64,000 bases of DNA from positions 87,084 to 151,083 of the forward strand of contig JAKQPK010000023.1 in the NCBI GenBank assembly GCA_029564765.1, written 5' to 3'. Numbering within the stretch: the first letter of the stretch is position 1; the number at the start of each line of letters is the position of its first letter. Shown here piece by piece: positions 13,801-23,337 of the stretch. This stretch comes from Candidatus Omnitrophota bacterium (GTDB lineage: Bacteria; Omnitrophota; Gorgyraeia; Zapsychrales; Aceulaceae). The notes under the pieces were generated by a model, which had not been told where the DNA came from, ran no database searches, and saw only the letters and a list, made by a program, of their open reading frames with translations. A program made the translations under genes and the position numbers.

Positions 13801-14350
13801 CATAGGCTAATAAAACATCATTAAGATCATATTTGATCTCGAACCATGCGCCACGAGAGGGAATGATACGCCCTTGATAGATCACCTTTCCCGTTGGATG
13901 AGGCTCTTGCTCGAACGAGACACCCGGCGGCCTCTGGATCTGCGATACAACGACACGCTCATCGCCATTAATGATAAAGGTGCCTGTCTCGGTCATCAAA
14001 GGGAAATCGCCGAAGTAAACCTCCTGCTCTTTGATCTCAACCGGAGTCACTAAGCGCAAAGTAACCTTAAGCGGGGCTGAATAGGTCATGCTGCGTCGTT
14101 GGCATTCGCGAGAAGAATATTTTTCTTTCCCAAGCTGATAGCTGATGTACTCCATGCGCACCTGGCCATCATAGCTTTCAAAAGGAAATGTTTCGCGGAA
14201 AACTTCCTCAAGCCCTTGATTCTTTCGCTCTTCCGGCTTTACGAACCTTTGCAGAAAGTGGTCATAAGACACGACTTGGACATCGAGCAAATTAGGTAAG
14301 GTAAATGTATCCTTAAATTTGCTAAAGTCCCGGATTTCTCTTTTTCTCAT
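10892..14350 (-). CDS. rpoB: DNA-directed RNA polymerase subunit beta
   Basis: 1152 aa with conserved beta-subunit blocks. It sits 3 nt upstream of rpoC. Confidence 0.98.
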   Translation of the reverse strand: MRKREIRDFSKFKDTFTLPNLLDVQVVSYDHFLQRFVKPEERKNQGLEEVFRETFPFESYDGQVRMEYISYQLGKEKYSSRECQRRSMTYSAPLKVTLRLVTPVEIKEQEVYFGDFPLMTETGTFIINGDERVVVSQIQRPPGVSFEQEPHPTGKVIYQGRIIPSRGAWFEIKYDLNDVLLAYVDRRRSFPATQILRIMGLSSEEEMQKLFGEDFSKLKNTLEKDHTKTKEDALLDFYRKMRPTEPATIEVAEALFFRLFFDIRRYELSKVGRYIINRKLGMNVDLDNRILDLATVAEVIKYLFKLRDGQGEIDDIDHLGNRRIKTVGELVQNQVRIGLARIERSIKERLVVMNTFENLTAHHLINSRLFSSQIQDFFARSQLSQFLDQGNPLAETTHKRRLSALGPGGLSRERAGFEVRDVHPTHYGRVCPIETPEGPNIGLIASLTNCSRVNELGFIETPYRKVEEGRVTNKIEYLTADIDQTKYIAQASTPIDKGGNFLEKEISCRYRADFPYVSPNKVDYMDVSPKQLVSPATSLIPFLEHDDANRALMGSNMQRQAVPLMDTEAPYVGTGMEEAVARDSGAVVIARESGKVTKVDAREIVIGKTVYPLKNFLRSNANTCLHNKPIVKLGDYVQAGQVIADGVATERGKLALGRNILVAFMPWRGYNFEDAIILNQRLVKDDVFTSIHIERFEVEARETRLGNEEITRDIPNVGEEALNDLTEEGIIRVGAEVKAGDILVGKVTPKSEKELTPEERLLRAIFGEKAADIRDTSLTLPPGEEGVVVNVEVFQRSERGRKSKEDKKKELIEIDKIKRYYKQEIEFLKEEKEKRLMKILKVDRKTFEKMTERQIRETEEAGDAMIYFNDRIQELSDEQEHEIEKVKCGDELPAGVLKRVIVYIATKRKVSEGDKMAGRHGNKGVVARVLPEEDMPFLSNGTPVDIILNPLGVPSRMNVGQLLETHLGWAAHVLGFECETPVFNGAKESEICALLKEAQLPENGKTTVHDGYTGMPFDQKVTVGYIYMMKLIHLVDEKIHARSIGPYSLVTQQPLGGKAHFGGQRFGEMEVWALEAYGAAYTLQEMLTVKSDDVAGRSRIYEAIVKGEQKLTPGTPESFNVLMKELQGLCLDIRMQSSEPVSEDKKEEKKEK

Positions 14351-14390
14351 ATTTGGCTTTTGAGTTGTTTAGAGTTGGTTAGAGATCGTG

Positions 14391-14816
14391 TTATTTAACT
14401 TCAACGACAGCGCCAGCAGCGGTCAACTTTTTCTTTAAGTCTTCAGCTTCTTCCTTGGCAATTCCCTCTTTAACCGTCTTCGGAGCACCCTCAACCAAGT
14501 CCTTAGCTTCTTTTAGACCTAAGTTCGTTGCAGCTCTGACTTCCTTAATAACAGCGATCTTGTTCCCACCGGCTTCTTTCAAAACAACATCAAAAGTTGT
14601 TTTTTCTTCAGCTGGAGCAGCGGCTGCTCCACCGGCAGCGCCAGCCATCATGGGCATGCCCATCATGGGAGCTGCTGCGGTGATCCCAAACTTCTTCTCG
14701 AGACCTTTGACAAGGTCAGAAAGCTCAAGCGCAGTCAAGCCTTCAATGGTCTTGACCACCTCTTCGAGTTTCGGTGAGAGCTTTATTTCTTCTTTTTCTT
14801 GGACTGTTTCTGACAT
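14391..14816 (-). CDS. rplL: 50S ribosomal protein L7/L12
   Basis: 141 aa with an Ala/Gly/Met-rich hinge and a conserved C-terminal domain ([12 protein letters not shown]). Confidence 0.95.
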   Translation of the reverse strand: MSETVQEKEEIKLSPKLEEVVKTIEGLTALELSDLVKGLEKKFGITAAAPMMGMPMMAGAAGGAAAAPAEEKTTFDVVLKEAGGNKIAVIKEVRAATNLGLKEAKDLVEGAPKTVKEGIAKEEAEDLKKKLTAAGAVVEVK

Positions 14817-14881
14817 TTTACTTTCCTCCTGTTTCGATTCACATTGACTTCCACAAAAGTGGAATTTGAAGCATCTCAGAC

Positions 14882-15433
14882 TTAGCTAGACTTATCGCCA
14901 GATGAGCCTGAGGCTGATTTATCGCTTAACTGCTTTAAAATATATATTAAATCCCTCGTATTGGCATTTAAAGCATTGAGCAGCCTGGATAGCGGCGACT
15001 GGATACTCTGTGCCAACATCGTCAACAGCACATCACGGGAAGGAAGATCGGATAAGCGTTGGATATCATTCTGCGCGACGGTCTTGCCATCAAGAACTCC
15101 ACCTCTGATGTTAACGGCTTCGTTGGCTTTTGAGATCTTGACAAGGACTTTGGCGATCTCAACAGAGTCCTTGTCGCTCCAAACAAATGCGACTTGACTT
15201 TTCACGTCCCCGATAAGAGATGAAAACTTGATCTCTTCTAAGGCCTTTTTCGCTACGCGATTCTTAGAAACATATACTTTAGCGCCCACAGCGCTCAGAG
15301 CCTTGCGAACATCGCTCATCTTAGGAGACGACATTTTATCATAACTAAATAAAAAAGTCGTTCCGCGGTCCTTAACATTCTGACGGATCTTCTCCGAAAC
15401 GCTTTCGCGGATTAAACGTCCAACTTTCTTCAT
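14882..15433 (-). CDS. rplJ: 50S ribosomal protein L10
   Basis: 183 aa in the position between rplA and rplL. Its start overlaps the rplA stop (ATGA). Confidence 0.92.
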   Translation of the reverse strand: MKKVGRLIRESVSEKIRQNVKDRGTTFLFSYDKMSSPKMSDVRKALSAVGAKVYVSKNRVAKKALEEIKFSSLIGDVKSQVAFVWSDKDSVEIAKVLVKISKANEAVNIRGGVLDGKTVAQNDIQRLSDLPSRDVLLTMLAQSIQSPLSRLLNALNANTRDLIYILKQLSDKSASGSSGDKSS

Positions 15434-16110
15434 AGCGCAATCCTCAATCCTGGCCCCATGGTGGTCGACAATGAAAGGCTCTTAATAAAATCTACTTTAA
15501 CAGATGTTGGTTTTGCATGCTGGATCGCATCGATAACCTGTCGAGCGTTCGCTTCGATCTTATCTGCAGCAAAAGACCTCTTGCCGATACCAACATGGAT
15601 CCCACCTTGTTTATCTGCTTTGAATTCAACGCGTCCAGCCTTAACTTCCGTGATCGCTTTCTCAATATCATTGGTAACTGTACCCGCTTTTGGCGAAGGC
15701 ATCAGACCCTTAGGGCCCAAAACACGTCCAAGCTTGCTTAAGTCGCGCATAATATCTGGAGTCGCTATGACGCAATCAAAATCCATGAACCCATTCATCA
15801 CTTTCTCGATCAAATCCTCTGCGCCAACATGTTCCGCGCCCATTTCTTTCGCCTTCATCGCTTGCTCACCTTTGCAGAATGCGATAACGCGCACTTTCTT
15901 TCCAAGTCCATGCGGTAACAGCACCGTGCCTCGGATCGCTTGATCAGTCGCTTTAAGATCAACATTCAGATGAAAATGCAACTCAACAGTTTCGTCAAAT
16001 TTTGTCTTTGGAAAAGCAGAGATAGCCGCAATACCTTCCTGGAGTGAATACTGCTTTGCGGTATCAAGCTTTTCATAACCCTGCTTCATGCGTTTTGATA
16101 CTTTAGCCAT
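15430..16110 (-). CDS. rplA: 50S ribosomal protein L1
   Basis: 226 aa of the L1 family, downstream of rplK. Confidence 0.95.
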   Translation of the reverse strand: MAKVSKRMKQGYEKLDTAKQYSLQEGIAAISAFPKTKFDETVELHFHLNVDLKATDQAIRGTVLLPHGLGKKVRVIAFCKGEQAMKAKEMGAEHVGAEDLIEKVMNGFMDFDCVIATPDIMRDLSKLGRVLGPKGLMPSPKAGTVTNDIEKAITEVKAGRVEFKADKQGGIHVGIGKRSFAADKIEANARQVIDAIQHAKPTSVKVDFIKSLSLSTTMGPGLRIAL

Positions 16111-16535
16111 TATCCTGTCACCTCAATGCCCATGCTGCGGGCTGTCCCCTTAATCGTCTCAATCGCTTTTTGAGTATCGGCAGTATTTAAGTCTTCCATT
16201 TTCAATTTGACAATTTCTTCGATCTGCTTCATGGTCACGGTCCCGATCTTCTCTTTTCCCGCTTGCCCTGACGCCTTCGCTAAATTCGCTGCTTTCTTGA
16301 TCAACACGGAACTCGGTGGACTCTTAATAATAAAATCAAAAGATTTATCTTTATAAACCTTAATGATCGCTGGAAGAATAAGGCCTTCCTTGCCCTTGGT
16401 CTTCTCATTGAATTGCTTGCAGAACATCATAATGTTGATCCCATGCTGACCTAAGGCGGGACCAACGGGTGGCGCAGGATTCGCTTGCCCTGCGGGGACA
16501 TAAAGCTTGATTTGCGCGACGACTTCTTTTGCCAT
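16110..16535 (-). CDS. rplK: 50S ribosomal protein L11
   Basis: 141 aa starting [41 protein letters not shown], which is canonical L11. Confidence 0.95.
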   Translation of the reverse strand: MAKEVVAQIKLYVPAGQANPAPPVGPALGQHGINIMMFCKQFNEKTKGKEGLILPAIIKVYKDKSFDFIIKSPPSSVLIKKAANLAKASGQAGKEKIGTVTMKQIEEIVKLKMEDLNTADTQKAIETIKGTARSMGIEVTG

Positions 16536-16536
16536 A

Positions 16537-17061
16537 TTAGACCTTCTCGACTTGCCAGTATTCTAGTTCTACGAGTGTTGAGCGTCCAAAGATCGAGACG
16601 CTTACCTTAAGCTTTCCTCTGTCTGGGTGGATCTCCATGACAGCTCCATTGAAATTTGCGAACGGTCCTTCAGTGATCTGAATTGCTTCTCCCACTTCAT
16701 AAACCGTTTTTGGGCTTGGCTTGGCACCTGTTTCTTCTGTCTTTTTCAAGATATTGTCTACTTCCTTGTCAGACAGTGGTGCCGGCTTATGGCCTGCCCC
16801 GATAAATCCTGCAATCCCGGGAGTTGTTTTGACCAAATACCAACTCTCGTTATTCATTTCCATTTTGATCAATAAATATCCAGGAAAAAATTTACGTGTC
16901 GAAATGCACTTTTTTCCTCGACGAACTTCTGATATCTGCTCTGTAGGGACAACGACTTCCCCGATATACTTCTTAAGTTCTGTTGTGGCCATGCGCTTTT
17001 CAAGGCCGACCTTGGCGCGCTCTTCACAACCAGTTTGAGTATGGACAACGTACCATTTCAT
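16537..17061 (-). CDS. nusG: Transcription termination/antitermination factor NusG
   Basis: 174 aa with an NGN domain and a KOW motif, in the secE-nusG-rplK context. Confidence 0.93.
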   Translation of the reverse strand: MKWYVVHTQTGCEERAKVGLEKRMATTELKKYIGEVVVPTEQISEVRRGKKCISTRKFFPGYLLIKMEMNNESWYLVKTTPGIAGFIGAGHKPAPLSDKEVDNILKKTEETGAKPSPKTVYEVGEAIQITEGPFANFNGAVMEIHPDRGKLKVSVSIFGRSTLVELEYWQVEKV

Positions 17062-17065
17062 AGTA

Positions 17066-17251
17066 TTATCGGATTATTAACCCCAATAGTCGTGAAAGTC
17101 CAAGATCAACAGCCCCGATGAAAAGCCCCAAGAAAAATGTTGTGCCGATGACGATCCATGTCGCATCATAAAGTTCCGCGCGTGTCGGCCAACTAACCTT
17201 CTTGAGCTCCACCACAACTTCTGATAAAAAATTCTGGATCTTTCCGAACAT
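17066..17251 (-). CDS. secE: Preprotein translocase subunit SecE
   Basis: 61 aa with a single C-terminal TM helix, immediately upstream of nusG. Confidence 0.85.
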   Translation of the reverse strand: MFGKIQNFLSEVVVELKKVSWPTRAELYDATWIVIGTTFFLGLFIGAVDLGLSRLLGLIIR

Positions 17252-17265
17252 TGTTATTACCTTCT

Positions 17266-17339
17266 ACAGGCCTGGTAGGACTCGAACCTACAACACACGG
17301 TTTTGGAGACCGTCGCTCTACCAATTAGAGCTACAGGCC
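17266..17339 (-). tRNA. tRNA-Trp (anticodon CCA)
   Basis: A cloverleaf was read by eye on the minus strand: a 7-bp acceptor (AGGCCUG/CAGGCCU), a D-arm, an anticodon loop CUCCAAA, a T-arm GUAGG/CCUAC and discriminator G. No CCA is encoded. Confidence 0.9.
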
Positions 17340-17350
17340 TATAAACTAAA

Positions 17351-17503
17351 ACTATTTCTTTGTTTCTTTGTGTTGAGTATGTCGACGACAAAAAGGACAG
17401 AACTTTTTAAGCTCGATCCGTTCAGGCTTTTTCTTTTTGTCTTTGGTGCTGCAATAGTTAATCCTATCGCACTCTTTGCATTGAAATTGAATATTTTCGC
17501 GCA
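17351..17503 (-). CDS. rpmG: 50S ribosomal protein L33 (50 aa), absent from the ORF track because it is under 60 aa
   Basis: Manual reverse-complement translation gives MRENIQFQCKECDRINYCSTKDKKKKPERIELKKFCPFCRRHTQHKETKK*. It carries the CxxC...CxxC zinc-ribbon signature of L33, in the classical rpmG-(tRNA-Trp)-secE-nusG context. Confidence 0.85.
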
Positions 17504-17524
17504 TGTTAAGGTCTTTTCAGATTA

Positions 17525-17597
17525 AGCCCTCGACCGGAATTGAACCGGTGACCCCGTCCTTACCAAGGACGTGCTCTACCGACTGAGCTACAAGGGC
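17525..17597 (-). tRNA. tRNA-Thr (anticodon GGU)
   Basis: A cloverleaf was read by eye: acceptor GCCCUUG/CGAGGGC, D-arm GCUC/GAGC, anticodon stem CGUCC/GGACG with loop UUGGUAA, and T-arm ACCGG/CCGGU. Confidence 0.9.
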
Positions 17598-17613
17598 AAA
17601 CATATGAAGCAAG

Positions 17614-17642
17614 AGTATACTTTTCAAACACCTATTTGTCAA
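17614..17642 (-). promoter_or_regulatory. Candidate sigma70 promoter: consensus -35 TTGACA, a 17-nt spacer, then -10 TATACT, directing the tRNA-Thr-rpmG-tRNA-Trp-secE unit
   Basis: Minus strand reads TTGACAaataggtgtttgaaaagTATACT. The -35 is at 17637-17642, the -10 at 17614-17619, and the tRNA 5' end lies about 17 nt downstream. Confidence 0.55.
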
Positions 17643-17708
17643 GTATTTTATTTATCTTAGTTAAATAAAATATACTTACGACAAACTATTTCTATGACAA
17701 CGAAGGGA

Positions 17709-18881
17709 TCAGGTGAGTTTTAGGAAGCGTCGCTTACCGATTTTCAGAATACACGGCTTTGATGGGATCTCTATGCTAGTGACGACGGTCGTTCCATCGG
17801 TAACCGCCCCTTGGGCAATAAGAGCTCTGGCCTTATTCTTTGAATCGGCGAGTCCTTGACTTACTAAAACATCGACCAATGTCTTCGCCTCCCCCGTCGC
17901 GACACTGTATACAGGGATATCGTCCGGGGTTTCTCGACTAGAAAAAACTTTTTCAAACGCTTCACGTTCTTGACGTGCTTCTTGTAACGAATAAAATTGT
18001 CGAACAATATCTTCTGCAAGCCTTAATTTGGCTTCCTTTGGATGCAACGCCCGCGTCTGCGCTACGTCAAGATCGGTTAGTAATTCATAATATCGATACA
18101 TCAGTTGATCACTGATGGACATCACCTTGCCAAAGATCTCTTTTGCGGGTTCATCAATGCCGATATAATTACCCAGCGACTTGCTCATTTTATTAATGCC
18201 ATCGGTTCCCTCTAAAAGAGGCATCATGATGACAGCCTGAGGTTCCTGGGCAAGCGCCTCCTGTAATTGACGCCCCATCAGCAAATTAAATTTCTGATCT
18301 GAACCTCCCAGCTCAACATCTGCCCGCAAGTAAACAGAATCGTACGCTTGCAACAACGGATAAATAAATTCAAGGATGCTAATCTCTTTTTGGTCTTCAA
18401 AGCGTTTTTTAAAATCTGCGCGCGCGAGCATTTGTGCGACAGTGCAATGCGCTGAAAGCTCAAGCATGTCTTGTGCGGTTAGCTTCTTGAGCCAGCGGCT
18501 ATTAAAAACAACTTTTGTCTTGTTGCGATCAAGGATCTTAAAAACTTGTCGCTGGTAAGTCCGTGCATTCTTCGCGACCTGCTGAGGTGTCATGCGGATA
18601 CGCGCTTGATCGCGACCAGAAGGATCCCCGATCTGAGCGGTGAAATCCCCAATAATAAAAAAAACCGTATGTCCTAGATCTTGAAACTGGCGCAATTTAC
18701 GCAACAACACGACATGGCCTAAATGCAAATCAGGAGCCGTAGGATCGAAACCGGCTTTAACATGCAGGGATTTACGTTTTTTCTGAGCGTGCTCGATCTT
18801 CTTCCTGAGAATATCAACGCTAATGATTTCGGTTGTCCCGGAAGAGATCTTGTGAAGAATGGTATCGGCAGAATGTGTCAT
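17709..18881 (-). CDS. tyrS: Tyrosyl-tRNA synthetase with a C-terminal S4 domain
   Basis: HLGH (HIGH-type) and KMSKS motifs are present. The ORF-track start at 18887 is a TTG, and the first ATG, which I use here, is at 18881. Confidence 0.92.
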   Translation of the reverse strand: MTHSADTILHKISSGTTEIISVDILRKKIEHAQKKRKSLHVKAGFDPTAPDLHLGHVVLLRKLRQFQDLGHTVFFIIGDFTAQIGDPSGRDQARIRMTPQQVAKNARTYQRQVFKILDRNKTKVVFNSRWLKKLTAQDMLELSAHCTVAQMLARADFKKRFEDQKEISILEFIYPLLQAYDSVYLRADVELGGSDQKFNLLMGRQLQEALAQEPQAVIMMPLLEGTDGINKMSKSLGNYIGIDEPAKEIFGKVMSISDQLMYRYYELLTDLDVAQTRALHPKEAKLRLAEDIVRQFYSLQEARQEREAFEKVFSSRETPDDIPVYSVATGEAKTLVDVLVSQGLADSKNKARALIAQGAVTDGTTVVTSIEIPSKPCILKIGKRRFLKLT

Positions 18882-18942
18882 AAGCAAATCCGCCTATCCC
18901 ATCGAAGATCATTCTTCGACGGAATAGGCGCAATGATCATGA

Positions 18943-20523
18943 TTAATTTGCAACTGGATCTTCTGGATTTGAAACGTCGGTCTTGGCGCTCAGGCCGATC
19001 TTCATCTGGTCGACATCCACCTTGATAACCTTAACGGTGATCTTATCTCCAGCCTTCAAGGTTTCAACGCGCGACTTCTCGATCTCAGATGCATAGATCA
19101 AGCCCTCAAGCTCATCTTCGAGCTTGACAAAAACACCAAAATCAGTGTTAAGGACAACTTCAGCTTCCGCAACAAGGCCAATAGAATAACGCTTAGCGAT
19201 CTCTGGCCAGGGATTTTCTTTCAGCTGCTTATAGCCAAGGTTTATTTTGCGTTGCTCTGGATCGATCGCCAGAATAACAACGTCAACGCTCTGTCCCTTT
19301 TTGAAGATCTCCTGCGGATGATTAACCTTGCGGGTCCACGACATATCAGAAACGTGAATCATGCCTTCAATGCTTCCTTCGATCTCAACGAAAGCACCGT
19401 AATCAGTAAAGCCGCGCACCTTACCCGCGACCTTTGTCCCGATCGGAAATTTGCCTTCAACCTCCAACCATGGGTTCTTTTCAAGCTGTTTTAAACTTAA
19501 AGAGATGCGCTTGGTATCCTTATCAATGCTGATGATCTGTACCTCAGCCATATCCCCGATGGCGAACATTTCCTGAGGATTAACCATTTTCTTCTGCCAT
19601 GAAATTTCTGATGAGTGTAGCAACCCTTCAATTCCCTTATCGATCTCAATGAAAAGCCCGTAGGGCATGATATTGACGATCTTTCCTTTGATCTTGCTGC
19701 CGATCGGATATCTTTCTTCAACGCCTTCCCAAGGATTCGCGGTGATCTGCTTTAAGCCTAAGGAAACTTTTGAATTCTCACGATCAAAATCAAGGATCAT
19801 GATCTCGATCTTATCCCCAACAGCGACCAACTCAGAAGGATGATTAATACGGGACCAGCTCATATCCGTAATGTGCAAAAGTCCGTCGATGCCGCCCAGA
19901 TCAATAAATGCACCGAAATCCGTAATACCCTTGACGGTTCCCGTGCGACGCTGACCTTTTTCGATCTTCTCCCAAAGCTTTGTCTTAACCTCATCCCTCT
20001 CCTTTTGAATAACTTCCCTGCGAGAAAGGATAATGTTACGTCTTGGCTTGTTCATTTTGGTAATAAAGAACTTGTATTTTGTGCCTATCACATCCTTGAT
20101 CGCCATCCCCTTAAAAGCGGAAAGGGATCGAGGCAGGAACGCGTCTACGCCTTCGATATCAACGATATACCCGCCGTTCACTTGTTTGATGACCCGCCCG
20201 TCGATATAAGAACCTTCATCAAGTTGATCAGCGATCTTCTGCCAGCCTTGAAGCCGCTGGGCTTTCGTATAGGACAAGATCAGGCGTCCGCTCTCATCTT
20301 CAACAGACTCAACGAGAACTTCGACCCGATTACCAATCTTCACTTTTTCTGGATCACGAAACTCATCGACAGATATAAAACCTTCGGACTTATAGCCGAT
20401 ATCAACAATGATATCTTGCATGGTAATACCGATGATCTCACCCTCGACGATCTCTCCTTCCTTAAGATCGCGCATGGACTGCGCGTACAACTCAGCTAAT
20501 GAAACTTCTTCTTTGTTTGACAT
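18943..20523 (-). CDS. rpsA: 30S ribosomal protein S1 (six S1 domains)
   Basis: 526 aa with repeated S1 OB-fold modules (recurring GxV.G.V...FGAFV motifs). Confidence 0.95.
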   Translation of the reverse strand: MSNKEEVSLAELYAQSMRDLKEGEIVEGEIIGITMQDIIVDIGYKSEGFISVDEFRDPEKVKIGNRVEVLVESVEDESGRLILSYTKAQRLQGWQKIADQLDEGSYIDGRVIKQVNGGYIVDIEGVDAFLPRSLSAFKGMAIKDVIGTKYKFFITKMNKPRRNIILSRREVIQKERDEVKTKLWEKIEKGQRRTGTVKGITDFGAFIDLGGIDGLLHITDMSWSRINHPSELVAVGDKIEIMILDFDRENSKVSLGLKQITANPWEGVEERYPIGSKIKGKIVNIMPYGLFIEIDKGIEGLLHSSEISWQKKMVNPQEMFAIGDMAEVQIISIDKDTKRISLSLKQLEKNPWLEVEGKFPIGTKVAGKVRGFTDYGAFVEIEGSIEGMIHVSDMSWTRKVNHPQEIFKKGQSVDVVILAIDPEQRKINLGYKQLKENPWPEIAKRYSIGLVAEAEVVLNTDFGVFVKLEDELEGLIYASEIEKSRVETLKAGDKITVKVIKVDVDQMKIGLSAKTDVSNPEDPVAN

Positions 20524-20666
20524 TATTCTTTTCCTCTTTTCGATAGAATTCTTTTTCAGAAAGAAAATGGATTTCCTTTGCGAAAAAGTATTAGATTATG
20601 TGCGAAAAGCTTTTATTTGTCAACTAAAATTTTAGCGGGGAAACCTTTTTAATATAAGGAAGGAGC

Positions 20667-21272
20667 TTACGTAGAAGGTTTGCTCTCGCTCGCCAATGCT
20701 TTCATGGCATCATAAACTCGCTGAGCGACCTCTTGGTAAGAGAGCTGACCGCTTATCTGAACAGGATTACCAAAAAAAACACTCACAGGGGCTCTTTGGA
20801 TGCCTTTGAATCCTTTTGGCATCGCTTTGTCAGACCCCATAATAAAGGCGGGAACAACAGGAACCTGCGCTTTGATGGCCAAAAAACCAACCCCCGCCTT
20901 CACCTCGGAAGTATCAAGGTCTTCTGACCTTCTGCCCCCTTGGGGGAACATCACGACACCCTGCTGCGCTTTAAGCCTTCTTAAGGCCTCCTTGATCCCC
21001 TGCATATCAAAAGCCCCTCGCTTAACAGGAAAAGCGCCAAATTGATAAAGAAAAAAATTAACGAACCAATTCTTGAAAAGAGATTTCTTCGCGACAAAAC
21101 TTAGACGCCGCCCTGAAGCAACACCGACAAGCATGGGATCCAGATTGCTTAAATGATTACAGGCGATGATATAACCGCCATGACGGGGGATCTTTTCTTG
21201 GCCACAAGCCTTCAGGGATAAATATAACTCATAAAATATCTTCTGAAGGTAAAAAGCGATCCAGTAAATCAT
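20667..21272 (-). CDS. plsC: 1-acyl-sn-glycerol-3-phosphate acyltransferase
   Basis: HxxxxD motif (NHLSNLD) and an FPQGGR block typical of LPA acyltransferases. Confidence 0.82.
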   Translation of the reverse strand: MIYWIAFYLQKIFYELYLSLKACGQEKIPRHGGYIIACNHLSNLDPMLVGVASGRRLSFVAKKSLFKNWFVNFFLYQFGAFPVKRGAFDMQGIKEALRRLKAQQGVVMFPQGGRRSEDLDTSEVKAGVGFLAIKAQVPVVPAFIMGSDKAMPKGFKGIQRAPVSVFFGNPVQISGQLSYQEVAQRVYDAMKALASESKPST

Positions 21273-21274
21273 TT

Positions 21275-22756
21275 TTAGATCTTTTTAAGTATGGCCTTAG
21301 CGAACTCGATCAAGGCCTTCGCCTTTGACATGGATGTCGCTTCCACATAAGCGCGCACCAAAGGCTCTGTCCCTGAAGGCCTGAACATGACCCAATTTTC
21401 ATCCTCGCAAATGAGTTTCACGCCATCAAAGGTTTTTACATCAACTACTTTCTTGCCTAAAACACGACTGATCGATCTTAGCTTATCTAAGTCCACACTC
21501 TTTTTCGTTGTCGTGATCGCGGCTCGCTCGTAATAATAGCGGCCAAATTCTTTCTCCATATCCGCGATCAAACGCTTGATACTTTTCTTTTGATAGACCA
21601 TCATTTCCAGCAACAAAAGCCCCGCCAAAGTCCCATCCCTTTCCGGGATATAATTCTGAACCCCGATCCCTCCGGCCTCTTCTCCTCCAGCCAGAATATC
21701 CTCAGAGGTCATCAGATCCGAAATATATTTAAATCCAACGGGTGTTTCATAGAGCTTAAGGCCAAGCTTCGCGGTGATCTTATCAAGCATGGTCGTCCCG
21801 CAAATGGTTTTAACAACACCTCCTGTTTTTCCCTTATTGCGAACAAAATGTAAGATGATCAAAGCCAATATCTTCTGAGGATTAATATACTCCCCGTCAG
21901 AGGTAACGGCCGCGATACGGTCTGCGTCCCCGTCCAAGATCATGCCAAGATCAAATTTTTCTTTTTTCACGCGCGCCATGATGCCGCCGACATATTTTTC
22001 GATCGGCTCTGGCTTACCACCCTCAAAAGAAGGATTAATATCAGCACGCATGACTTCAGCGCGAATGTTCGTTCCTTCTAAAATGCGTAATGCCAATGAG
22101 TCACCACTGCCGTGCATCGCGTCAACCAAGACCTTGCAACGTGCTTTTTTAATGGCTTTCAGGTCAATATAGCTGCGGATGAACTGCACGTAGTCTTCCT
22201 TAAAATCAAAGATGGTCAGATCCTTCTTCGCTTTTGCTTGCTCAAAATCGGTCGTCTTAACATCTGTTGCGCACAAATATTCCTCCACAATATCCGTGAT
22301 CTCGCGCGAAGCAGCTCCTCCTTGCGCTGTTTTGATCTTCAAGCCATTAAATTGTCCCGGATTATGGCTGGCCGTGATCATGATACCCGCCACACATTGC
22401 TGGCGCGTTACGCCAAAGCTTAATGTCGGTGTTGGAATAGGCGCATCGGAAAGAAAAACTTCAATATCGTTAGCAGCCAAAACGCACGCAACGATCCTAG
22501 CGTACTCATCAGATAAAAATCGAGTATCATAACCTATGGCAACACGCCTGCGCAAACCCGCTGGCTTGCGCAAATCGCCGTTAACCCACTCACTGATCGC
22601 TTGCGCCAAGATCGCTACATTCTTGAACGTGAATTCTTTAGAGATGACAGCACGCCACCCGTCTGTTCCAAAACGGATCTCCTGCCTTGCTTCGGGGATG
22701 ACAACGCAATCTTTTTGTTTTTGCTTTGCCTTTGTCTTTACGATCTTACGTTTCAT
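21275..22756 (-). CDS. Phosphoglucomutase/phosphomannomutase-family phosphohexomutase
   Basis: GTDGWRA N-terminal motif and the TASHNP active-site serine loop. 493 aa. Confidence 0.85.
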   Translation of the reverse strand: MKRKIVKTKAKQKQKDCVVIPEARQEIRFGTDGWRAVISKEFTFKNVAILAQAISEWVNGDLRKPAGLRRRVAIGYDTRFLSDEYARIVACVLAANDIEVFLSDAPIPTPTLSFGVTRQQCVAGIMITASHNPGQFNGLKIKTAQGGAASREITDIVEEYLCATDVKTTDFEQAKAKKDLTIFDFKEDYVQFIRSYIDLKAIKKARCKVLVDAMHGSGDSLALRILEGTNIRAEVMRADINPSFEGGKPEPIEKYVGGIMARVKKEKFDLGMILDGDADRIAAVTSDGEYINPQKILALIILHFVRNKGKTGGVVKTICGTTMLDKITAKLGLKLYETPVGFKYISDLMTSEDILAGGEEAGGIGVQNYIPERDGTLAGLLLLEMMVYQKKSIKRLIADMEKEFGRYYYERAAITTTKKSVDLDKLRSISRVLGKKVVDVKTFDGVKLICEDENWVMFRPSGTEPLVRAYVEATSMSKAKALIEFAKAILKKI

Positions 22757-23318
22757 AGATATGGTTCTCCTTTATGTAGTTTAACACAGGCTCTGGGACG
22801 AAATATCGAACCGTTCTCTGCTGGAATAGCCGCATTCGAACGTACGATGATGAAATATCAATACCCGGCATAATAACGCTATGGTGTTTGATGTCATGGC
22901 TCTTTTTAACACACCCCGGCCTGTTCACAACAATGAATTCCGCGATCTTGCGGATATCATCAATATACCGCCAACTGGGCAGCTGAGATAAAGTGTCGCC
23001 ACCAATAATGAAATATAGTTTAGCATCTACGTACTGCTGGCGCAAATGCTGCATCGTATCGATCGTGTACGATTTCCCTCTTTTCGCTATCTCAAAATCA
23101 GAGACCTCAAAGTCTTGATTTCCTTCAATGGCCAATCTGACCATATGATATCGATACTTCGCGCCGGCAACTGCGTGCGAATTTTTATGTGGTGGCATAT
23201 GAGCCGGCATAAAAATAACCTTTGTTAAATGCATCCGCTCCAGCGCCATTTGCGCGATCGCTAAATGACCAATGTGGATGGGGTTGAATGTCCCTCCTAA
23301 AACTCCGATGCGCTCCAT
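22746..23318 (-). CDS. nadD: Nicotinate-nucleotide adenylyltransferase
   Basis: GGTFNPIHIGH (H/T-x-G-H) motif. The start is placed at ATG 23318 (MERIGVLGGTFNP), which matches NadD N-termini. The ORF-track start at 23372 would overlap proA. Confidence 0.88.
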   Translation of the reverse strand: MERIGVLGGTFNPIHIGHLAIAQMALERMHLTKVIFMPAHMPPHKNSHAVAGAKYRYHMVRLAIEGNQDFEVSDFEIAKRGKSYTIDTMQHLRQQYVDAKLYFIIGGDTLSQLPSWRYIDDIRKIAEFIVVNRPGCVKKSHDIKHHSVIMPGIDISSSYVRMRLFQQRTVRYFVPEPVLNYIKENHIYET

Positions 23319-23337
23319 ATATCTTTTATGCCTACCT

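Noticed and set aside
17340-17524. An additional tRNA between tRNA-Trp and tRNA-Thr
   Set aside because: No cloverleaf is recognisable. The interval instead encodes the 50-aa L33 protein.
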